The position numbers and the translations under genes are program-made. The notes beneath the pieces were generated by a model. That model ran no database searches and was not told the origin of the DNA. It saw nothing but the letters and a program-made list of their open reading frames with translations. Of a stretch of DNA of 38,477 nt, positions 24,196 through 36,100 are shown piece by piece (within the stretch, counting starts at the first letter, position 1; each line of letters starts with the position of its first letter). This DNA is from Nemertoderma westbladi (taxonomy: Eukaryota; Animalia; Xenacoelomorpha), in contig JAUCBJ010003765.1 in the NCBI GenBank assembly GCA_032718475.1, forward strand, positions 1 through 38,477, given 5' to 3'.

Positions 24196-27100
24196 CTATG
24201 AAGTAAATATTTCGTTATCAATATCTAACATTGGAATGAAGTACAAACAATACATTGGAGATGGATGCAGGGTAAATTATAAGACTAAGATTATAAAAGA
24301 GTTACCAGGTAAGTAGGTAGTTAAATCATAACAATTCATTATTATTTGGAATACCTAAAATCACTTAACTACTGGAGTGGCGTAGCGACAAAAAATTGTG
24401 AAAATTGTGACTACTTTAGTCACAATTTTCACAATTTTTCTAAGTACCTGTGGGTATATCTATATAAAAAAATTCCATGCTTCAAAATATCCGATCATAT
24501 TAAGATTTTCAGTTTCTTTCTTTAGCAACAATATGTTAGTGTAATTTATTCATCACTCCAAAAAACTCATATCATAAAGGAAAGGCCATAATAATTTGTC
24601 ATAATCATAAAGTTCACGTACTGAAATTATTGTGACGTTAAATTTACAGAATTATCACTTGCTGCATCTACTGTGTACCTCACATAATATGTTATCGGCT
24701 GTTAAATTATATTTACCTGAATTCTCAGCGCTGGCCGGCCTTCTGTACATTATGTGTCCCCCGAGGGGCATCGAGCCGCCGTGGTGGCACAACAATGCGT
24801 CACCGGCGCCGCCGCCGCCGTAGAAGTGTTGCTCCGAGTCCGAGTAGGTCGGCAACAGGGACCGGGAGGACTGGCCGCTGTCCCCCGAGAGTTCGGGTCC
24901 CGGGGCGGGGCCCAGCGACGATTCGCCGCCCCCCGACCCGTCGCTCCTCCCGCCGTCGTCGCCCCCCAACCCTCGGCCTCCGTAATGCCCCCCAACCCCC
25001 CGGTACTCCTCCCCAACCAACCCACTCCTCCCGAACTCCTCCACAACGACGCCTCTACGTCGTTTACACCGTCCGGTATGGAAGATAATGGTGACCCAAA
25101 CGAGGCTGGTTCCCACGATGCAACAAACAACCGCGATAACGATAATACCGGTGGTAGTCGCCGGTAAAGTGCCGCCGCCTCCTTGCGGGGCGCTATCAGC
25201 TTCGAGATAGACAACGGTTACGGTACAACTGTCCGTCGCCTGGCCCAACGTGTTCGACAGACGACACGAGTACCTAGCGGTGTCGGATATACTCGTGTTA
25301 GTCAGAACCATCAACTGGTTCCCTACGGTAAAGAATATCCGCGGAGTTCCTTTCATAAGGAGCATCTCGTTCTTGTACCAGGTGACTCGAGGTTTGGGTA
25401 TTCCTTCCTCGATGGTGCATCGCAGGACGGTACTCTCGCCCTGGACGACACGCACGTCGGCCAGTCCGCTGCCGATGGTAGGCAGTTGGACTACCTCCAA
25501 GGTCGCGTTGGTGACCACCGACCCTGCCGCGTTAGTAGCCGTGCACGAGTAGACCCCCTGGTCCTCCAGGGTTATGTTCTGGATTAGGAACTGTCGTTTC
25601 GTCTGGTCGTGCAGCAGGAATCGGCGTTCTATTGCTGCGGGGAAGTTGGCCCCGCCGTCCTTCTTCCAGCTGACAACCGGTACCGGAAACCCGGAAGCCT
25701 CGCAACGCAGGTAGGCCTCTTCGCCCAACTTTACCGTAATGTTGTTGGGGACCTTATCGAATTCGGGGAAAACTGAAATAAATTATAAATTAAATTATAA
25801 GATTAATAATTTATTATATAAATTAATAAATAATTTTGAATATTTAAGTTCAGTTAGTTAAACTGTAATTATTTGACTTAGTCCCCCGTTAGTAACAATA
25901 GTGGCATTTGTTAATATAAGGATTTTAAATGCACAACAAACACGTACAACACAATCGCGCAAACTCAAATGTATTGAACAGTCTAATCATCTCGGCAAAT
26001 AACAGCGACCTTGTAGCTTTAAACGGCGTCATTACAATGCAGAACCATGATAGTATACTTGTTACCATAACAACTCACCGTGTACAGCCACAGTGGCAGA
26101 TAGAGAGTAAGATGTCCCGTACTTGTTACCATAACAACTCACCATGTACAGCCACAGTGGCAGATAGAGAGTAAGATGTCCCGTACTTGTTACCATAACA
26201 ACTCACCATGTACAGCCACAGTGGCAGATAGAGAGTAAGATGTCCCGTACTTGTTACCATAACAACTCACCATGTACAGCCACAGTGGCAGATAGAGAGT
26301 AAGATGTCCCGTACTTGTTACCATAACAACTCACCATGTACAGCCACAGTGGCAGATAGAGAGTAAGATGTCCCGTACTTGTTACCATAACAACTCACCA
26401 TGTACAGCCACAGTGGCAGATAGAGAGTAAGATGTCCCGTACTTGTTACCAATGCTACAGGAGTAACTGCCTTTATCTTCCTTCACGACGTCGTTTATAA
26501 ACAAAGAGGTGGTGAACTCGTAGGTCGTTTGTGCGCCATCTAGCGTCACTGTGGAGTTAGTTATTAATCTACGATCAACGCCACTTGACAACGCCTGGAA
26601 ATATTTACAAAATATAACATAACAACATTACATAAAACACAATTTAGTTAATATTGTTTCCTAACTTACTTTACTTTAAATATATTTTATAATTAATAAG
26701 TGAAACCTACCTGTTTATCTTTCATCCACATGAATACCAAACCGACATTCTGGGAACTTCTAGCGGAGCAGTTGAGTAGCAACTTGTGGCCTTCTAGAAC
26801 GCCCTGCGACAGGGGGTCCCTGGAGACGGAGGGTTTGGGTTGGGGCAGTGCGTCCTGGCAGGAGCCCAGTCTGTCGGCCACGTACTCAACGCTGTCGCCT
26901 CGTCGATCGGGGGGGAAGCCGCAACGACTACCCGTGGAGTCCCAGAACGTCTGGGATCTCAGCCAATCAGCGAAGTACGCCAGCGTACAATCGCAGACCA
27001 ACGAGGTTGTGTTCAGTACCCTAAACAAACAAACAAACACTCAACTAGTAATTGGCATGGATCTTCTACACCACCTCTTTGCGAAAACGAATATATTATA

Positions 27101-30100
27101 ATTCAATATTAAAACAGCTAAAGCAGGGCGCCAATGCGCCATACGCACACCCAAAGGTGAGCCAGTAGTTAATCCATTCAATATTGATAAAATATTATTA
27201 AAAAGAGGGAAATTTGAATCTACTAAAAAAGCTACTACAACAGTACAGCACTACTAGCAGTGTTTCAGTATTATTTTGTCATACCGGACCGGTACTGTGG
27301 GTCACTGTCATAATACAAATAAATTATTAGACCTAGGCCTATATTACTGTATTACTTTATTTCGTATTTTCTGGTATATTATTCTGAGATTGTTTGCGAA
27401 TTATATTATAAATAGTACAGGTTGACATATTCTGATGAAGAACTAATATATATATATTTCAATACACCCCGGCCAATACTATGACCAACTACTGGCAGCG
27501 GTAATATCGTAGTAGGCCTATTCCTTAAGGAGAATGGATTTGATTTGCTGCGGTTGAATCGGCCCAACTACCCAACGCCAACAAACCTGCAAAGCAACAG
27601 TTAAAAGGAACGAAACCACGCACCCGATTCAACGCAATCCCAATACAGCAATAAGGCATTATATAAAAGTCGGTTCGGTACGTCCCCATTATTCGCAGGA
27701 CACTACGAAGCCGAAGATCTGACAGTCGGACGTTTACGGAACAATGATAAGGGGACTATTCGCAATGCTCCGAATGATTAGCGGGGTTTACGAAACTCCG
27801 GCGGCGGCTGGTACTGACTGGGGATTACTAGATACCGCTACTGCCCTAGGCCCCGGTACTGCTACTACCCTAGGTCCCGATACCGGTATCCTCTGGGTAG
27901 GGGCTGTACCGAAACACCGCCGCTCCGCGGTCGTCAACCGAACACGACGGCGCTCCGAGTTCAAGCGGTTCCTACCCAACGACGACATATACGCGTGCCC
28001 CGCGTGCGGGAGCCCCAAACTGCGGTACCATCTCTGCGGATTCTGTTTGCGCGCCATCCGGGAGGAGACCGTGCGGATCTACCAGGCCAAGATGGCGCAG
28101 GTGTCGGGCGGGTTCTACAGGGAACCGCAGGTGAGGGACGTGGCGATACGGTACCGGGACGATGCGACCGTATCCAACGGGGCCAATAAGGACGTCGTGG
28201 AGATGGGAAAGGATAAACCCCAATGGTGGTTCAGGAAATGATTATGATCAACTGCTTGCTTGTTGATATTAAAGAAACAACCGTACCAGTATGGCGGCAG
28301 CGGCAGCCTACACAACACAATATATCAAACTATGTGAGAATCAACGTGCGGCTCATTCCGGATTCATTGAAATAATTTTAATTTACTGTTTTGGTTCCAT
28401 CCACCGGACTATGTAAGCTGATCCTTACATTTAATAATTTATCCTATCTTATAGTGTGGTGGTTACACACCATGGTACACATGGTGGTTCACCACACATA
28501 GATTTTAAAAGAACGACCTTACAATCTTATGGCGTACACTGAAACTCAACCCCTGTATCAACACTCAACTTGTAAGATGTCTGTCTGTCTGTCTAATATT
28601 GTACGAATATTCTATTGGAAATTTAAAATAATTTAATTTAAACAGCCGATTAAAAAAAAATAAAAATCATGAAGTTTATAGAATAACGCTGAAAAACATA
28701 TTTATGTTTTGACCCGGTGCACATTGGAAATTATGTTAATTGTAAGTTGTTCACTGCAAACAGACACCAATCCATACATAATTCATCGCATACGAGACAC
28801 CAATCCATACACGCTGTATCGCATACAAGACACCAATCCATACATGCTGTATCGCATATGAGACACCAATCCATACACGCTGTATCGCATACAAGACACC
28901 AATCCATACACGCTGTATCGCATAGGAGACACCAATCCATACACGCTGTATCGCATACGAGACACCAATCCATACACGCTGTATCGCATAGGAGACACCA
29001 ATCCATACACGCTGTATCGCATACGAGACACCAATCCATACACGCTGTATCGCATAGGAGACACCAATCCATACACGCTGTATCGCATACGAGACACCAA
29101 TCCATACACGCTGTATCGCATAGGAGACACCAATCCATACACGCTGTATCGCATACGAGACACCAATCCATACACGCTGTATCGCATAGGAGACACCAAT
29201 CCATACACGCTGTATCGCATACGAGACACCAATCCATACACGCTGTATCGCATACGAGACACCAATCCATACACGCTGTATCGCATACGAGACACCAATC
29301 CATACACGCTGTATCGCATAGGAGACACCAATCCATACACGCTGTATCGCATACGAGACACCAATCCATACACGCTGAATCGCATACGAGACACCAATCC
29401 ATACACGCTTTATCTCATACGAGATACCAATCCATACACGCTGTATCGCATATGAGACACCAATCCATATGCTGTATCGCATACGAGATACCAATCCATA
29501 CACGCTGTATCGCATACGAGACACCAATCCATACACGCTGTATCGCATACGAGACACCAATCCATACACGCTTTATCTCATACGAGATACCAATCCATAC
29601 ACGCTGTATCGCATATGAGACACCAATCCATATGCTGTATCGCATACGAGATACCAATCCATACACGCTGTATCTCATACGAGACACCAATCCATACACG
29701 CTCTATCGCATACAAGACACCAAACCATACACGCTGTATCGCATATGAGACACCAATCCATACACGCTGTATCGCATACGAGACACCAATCCATACACGC
29801 TGTATCGCATACGAGACACCAATCCATACATGCTGTATCGCATACGAGACACCAAACCATACACGCTGTATCGCATAAGAGACACCAAACCATACACGCT
29901 GTATCGCATACAAGACATCAATCCATACAAACTGTATCTCATACGAGACACCAAACCATACACGCTGTATCGCATACGAGACACCAAACCATACACGCTG
30001 TATCGCATATGAGACACCAATCCATACAAGCTGTATCTCATACGAGACACCAATCCATACAAGCTGTATCTCATATGAGACACCAATCCATACACGCTGT

Positions 30101-33100
30101 ATCTCATACGAGACACCAATCCATACACGCTATATCGCATACGAGACACCAATCCATACACGCTGTATCTCATACGAGACACCAATACATACACGCAGTA
30201 TCGCATATGAGACACCAATCCATACACGCTGTATCGCATACAAGATACCAATCCATACACGCTGTATTGCATATGAGACACCAATCCATACACGCTGTAT
30301 CGCGTACGAGACACCAATCCATATGCTGTATCTCATACGAGACACCAATCCATACACGCTGATCGCATACAAGATACCAATCCATACACGCTGTATCGCA
30401 TACGAGACACCAATCTATACACGCTGTATCGCATATGAGACACCAATCCATACAAGCTGTATCTCATACGAGACACCAATCCATACAAGCTGTATCTCAT
30501 ATGAGACACCAATCCATACACGCTGTATCTCATACGAGACACCAATCCATACACGCTATATCGCATACGAGACACCAAACCATACACGCTGTATCGCATA
30601 TGAGACACCAATCCATACAAGCTGTATCTCATACGAGACACCAATCCATACAAGCTGTATCTCATATGAGACACCAATCCATACACGCTGTATCTCATAC
30701 GAGACACCAATCCATACACGCTATATCGCATACGAGACACCAATCCATACACGCTGTATCTCATACGAGACACCAATACATACACGCAGTATCGCATATG
30801 AGACACCAATCCATACACGCTGTATCGCATACAAGATACCAATCCATACACGCTGTATTGCATATGAGACACCAATCCATACACGCTGTATCGCGTACGA
30901 GACACCAATCCATATGCTGTATCTCCTACGAGACACCAATCCATACACGCTGATCGCATACAAGATACCAATCCATACACGCTGTATCGCATACGAGACA
31001 CCAATCTATACACGTTGTATCTCATATGAGACACCAATCCATACACGCTGTATCTCATACGAGACACCAATCCATACACACTGTATCTCATACGAGACAC
31101 CAATCCATACATGCTGTATCTTATATGAGACACCAATCTATACACGTTGTATCTCATACAAGATACCAATCCATACACGCTGTATTGCATATGAGACACC
31201 AATCCATATACGCTGTATCGCGTACGAGACACCAAACCATACACGCTGTATCGCATACAAGATACCAATCCATACACGCTGTATCGTATATGAGACACCA
31301 ATCCATACACGCTGTATCGCATACGAGACACCAAACCATACACGGTGTATCGCATATGAGACACCAATCCATACATGCTGTATCGCATATGAGACACCAA
31401 TCCATACATGCTGTATCGCATACGAGACACCAATCCATATGCTGTATCGCATATGAGACACCAATCCATACACGCTGTATCACATACAAGATACCAATCC
31501 ATACATGCCATATCGCATACGAGACACCAATCCATACACGCTGTATCTCATACAAGACACCAATCCATACACGCTGTATCGTATACAAGATACTAGGGAT
31601 GTCCCGGAATTCCGTTCCGGCCAGAATTCCGGCGGTTTTTGCCCGATTCCGGTTCCGGCCGGAATTGCCGGAATGGGGTCAATTCCGGCCGGAATTTTAC
31701 CGGAATTTCAAGGTTCATATCTAGTTTAATAGCTGCAATTAGTTTGTTAAATTATTATCAACATTTATATTTTTTAAACACATTATTACCAATTAGTTTA
31801 AGATACCTTTCAACACTTGTAAACAAGTATAGAAATAAAGTTTTCTTCGACCGTTAGAGCTAACATTTAAGGATGAAAGGCATAGATGCCCGATGGTTAG
31901 CCCCTTCAAACCATTCGTGCCGAATCGAAAACTGCCTTGGCCCACATGCTGGGATCGAACCCACGACATCCAGATAGATTGGAAATCAATGCAACCACTA
32001 CACCAAGGTGGTACCTAACTAACCTATGTAACGAAGGAAAATTCACAACCACCCTGTTTGTTAAAGTGAATGCATTCTTGATGGGTATGTATCACATTTC
32101 CAAAAATTTTTTACCTGGTAATCAAACTAAACTGGTCCCACCATATGTTTCACCACTAAGTAGTATTCATATACAATTCACAATAACCTTCTTAATTTAC
32201 ATTAACTAATTAAACCCTTTGTCCTTCTGAAGATATTTTATGAAATGCATCAATAGGAACGTGCTTCACTGATTCCAGTGTTTTCAGATATTGTCTTAGT
32301 CAGAATGTCAAAATGAATGCCTCCTCGCTCCATTGGTAACACAAGTCATAAGTCATTTGATGAATAATATAAGATGTGTCTCACATTTTTTAGATTGATT
32401 TTACATTATTTTACATTGATTATATATTATTTTACTTTGCATTAATTATTAAATAATTTGATAATTACAGGAGGCTAAATAAATTGCCAACCTTGTAAAG
32501 TTAGCAATGAAACTCGATTAACGATTAACACAATTACAATTACTACTTTAACCTAAAACTAATATAAAACGTTATTACAATACGTACAGGTCCTGCGAGT
32601 TGTCGTTAGTTCAGTTCTGCGTCGTAGGTGCTGCATAATATAGTAGTTTTGTTTATATTTACAGCAAATCCATTTCTTACCATAAATCTATTTATTCCCA
32701 GCAACAATTAACTGTAACATGTACTTGTACTATTGGACTCGTTTATTGTTTTGGTTCGAATAACATGTCACTGTAACATGCTCCTTTTCCTTAAAGACAC
32801 CAGGATATTGCACCAAAGGACCTAATGACGCGAAACCATAGGTTTTGGGTTAACTTACTGTAGGTTTTTATGTATGAGCCTAAATGCTAAAAACCTAACT
32901 TTTGGCCAAAGTTGTCGATTTTAGAAAAAAATTATATTTAATAATGCCGAAGTACCATCCCGTCCCATAACGGCTCAAGCCATTCTCCACTCCACCCACC
33001 TTAACTCCCCCAAGGTTCTGATTCATCTCATTAACAAACTTACTGTAGAAATTAAAAAAATTAATTTGTTTCATAAAAAATTATAAAATTTCCTGGGTCA

Positions 33101-36100
33101 TATAGTGTATTTCACTAATTATAGAAAATTCCGGTTCCGGCCGGAATTCCGGCATGTTGAATTCCGGTTCCGGTTTGAATCAAAATAACGATTCCGGGAC
33201 ATCCCTACAAGATACCAATCCATACACGCTGTATCGCATACGAGACACCAATCCATATGCTGTATCGCATACGAGATACCAACCCACACACGCTGTATCG
33301 CATACAAGACACCAATATAATACATACACGCAGTATCGCATACGAGATACCAACCCACACACGCTGTATCGCATACAAGACACCAATATAATACATACAC
33401 GCAGTATCGCATATGAGACACCAATCCATACAAGTTGTATCTCATACAAGACACCAATCCATACACGCTGTATCGCATATGAGACACCAATCCATATGCT
33501 GTATCGCATACGAGATGCCAATCCACACATGCTGTATACCTGTATTGCATACAAGATACCAATCCATATCGCATAATGATTTGGTTGTCACTTACAATGA
33601 CTGGAGTGAGGTGAGATCTCCAAAGGCATGTTCTTGAATGCTGGTAACCTGGTTACCATTGAGATCCAAGCTGTGTAGACCTCGCAGACCCTGGAACATG
33701 TTGGCTGTGATGGTCTGAATCCCGTTGGAAACCAAACCCAGATGGTGGAGTCTGGAAAGGCCTATGAATGGTTGAGGGGAGTTCTCTATCGATCGTAGGT
33801 TGTTCCAACTCATTTCACTGCAAAAATAAAGATTAACTTTTTAAAATTATGTATACTTTATAGATTTGTTAAATTTAAATTTTAAATAATTTATTATTTT
33901 GTTTATATAACAAAGACCCATGAAATGTAGATAAAATGAACTGACTTCATGCAAATGACTATATAAACTGTAACAGTATACTACGACAAAAAAGTTACTG
34001 GTGAATGTGTAAAACGCAAAACTCCAGAGGCAACTCGAATGTTCATGTATTTTGGCTGTTATCTAGAAAGCAGGGAGGGCACCTACCTCACTAACCCCCA
34101 AGGTTGAAAACTCAATGATTTAACAACCATACCTTTACTCCCCTAGCAAAAGTTATATTCCCATTGTACCGCTGGGTTTTGCTTAGCTCAATGTCTTGCT
34201 TAGGGACACAACAATGTGAAATTTATACAGCCTTTAGCTGGTTTTGAACCTGCATCACCAAAAACTATCATGAAAGCAGTTCTGGCACTGTATCCATTCG
34301 GACACTACAACCAATCGACCAACAGCCATACTCACAGTTTCAGTAACTCAGACATCCCCTTGAAGGCACCAGCCTCGATCCCAGTTATCATATTTCTACT
34401 CAGATCGAGGTGTTTCAACTTTGGCAGCTGTTTCAGGAAGCTCTCCCTCAACTCGCCCTCCATAGAATTATTGCGGAGGTCGACCGTCTCCAGCTCACTG
34501 ACGTGCCACGCGTTGTCCTTGTCCATTATAACAGGCATCTCAACGCGGTTGTAAGACAGGTTGCTACGGGAAACAAAATATACATTACATACAGCAAGTT
34601 GCAATGCGAAAAATAAATAAATAATTAACGTAAATGTTCAGAAAGCGAAGAATTTCACCGCTAAAAAGAAAAGAAAAAAGATTAAGTCATTCTCAACAAG
34701 TTCAATTTCAGTATTGTAATTATATTCTTTAATCCAACATATGGAATTAATAATTTATAAAATAGCTAAAATAATTAATTATAAAATGTATATCTACTAA
34801 TAATTAAAAATGCTGTTAAACGAGTTCGAGGAGGCGAGGTTATAGGTTAATCGCTCAGGTGTCGGTCGGGGGTTCTATACTCATGAGGTACAGGGCGCAC
34901 CTTAATACTGATAAGTTGGTCGGAATTCCGAGGCATTGTGAATAATGTGCGGCCGAGGTAGCGTTCTGTTACATAACCAACAACACAGTTGAAACACAAA
35001 TTTCAGTGTTGTGAAACTATAAACGAAATTCCTTATATTGCCTGATTATATTACTGTGTGTAATAAATTAGATGGAAAATAGGAATTATCCTAAATTATA
35101 TTAACAATTAATTAACAACAATTAATCTGATATCACCTATATGCTATACCCAACCCAGCGGTACTTACAGAGTTTTTAATTTATTTAAACTCCATAGCCA
35201 ATTATTTCCCAACTTGTGAATTGCATTTCTATCCAACTGGAGGTCAACAAGATGTTCCAGATTAAAGAAACACCCGTCCATCAGATCCGATATGTTGTTT
35301 CGTCGAAGTTTCAGCGTTTTTAATCTCGCCATATCCTGTTCAACAAAAACAAAATAGATCAATATTTATTAATTAATCCGTTTCATTATTATTCACAATA
35401 ATAAAAGTGATCACATTATGTAATGTCTAATTATGAGACGAAGTAAAACTAATTATGAGACGAAGTAAAACTAATTATGAGACGAAGTAAAACTAATTAT
35501 GAGACGAAGTAAAATTAATTATGAGACGAAGTAAAACTAATTATATCCATAACTAGCGACTATCACTGTAATGAGAGGAGAAACTTCTGAACAAACGAGG
35601 GACACCAGAATGCTGGCGATAGTGGAATTCTTATTGGAATAAAAATGGAACTCACTGGGGAAAATCGACACAAATAACAGCTGGTTACTAGGGAAAATTG
35701 AACTGATACCTTTGCAAATGACTCCTATTTCTTGTTTTGGTTATAATTGATAATTAGACGAGTACGAGATATTAATTCGCCGATGCGTCTTCAACATTTC
35801 GATAATTCAATATCTCGACTCGTCTAATTTACAAAAGTTAATTATCAATTATAATGTAAAATGACCACCATGCACAGTGTCACATTAATCTAACCAAAAC
35901 AATAAACGATAGTCAATATCAAAGGTCAGAGTTTCAATTTCGGTCCCCGCCAGTGTTATTTCTACCTGGGGAAGGATTCATGTCCAAATTCGATGGAAGT
36001 GTTCAGGTGTTTCCGCCAGCCAGCTACAGGGTAGACGAAACGCGACAGACACGGGAAGGTGTAAAACGCGGATTCAGGGAAGGGGTGTAAAACGCGGATT

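Noticed and set aside
24655-25728. Stand-alone 357-aa Ig/TM gene, and the similar short ORFs at 26382, 26693, 33592, 34332, 35165, 36678 and 37835
   Set aside because: They are exons of one LRIG gene with intron read-through at their ends; splice sites and phases join them.
27425-27470. Hammerhead ribozyme (CTGATGA core)
   Set aside because: There is no GAAA after a convincing stem II and no stems I/III.
28578-28594. (GTCT)4 as the hallmark of a DINE-1/Helentron-type element seeding satellite C
   Set aside because: It is too short, and no subterminal inverted repeats or terminal hairpin could be matched.
31938-32010. Functional tRNA-Gly gene
   Set aside because: A/B boxes are present but the acceptor and anticodon stems pair poorly; it is better treated as a SINE head or pseudogene.
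28717-33637. His-rich, Cys-rich (metallothionein/keratin-like) and other repeat ORFs on both strands
   Set aside because: They are products of the 33-bp satellite being open in most frames. The array has 29-bp frameshifting variants, is split by a transposon and lies in an intron.
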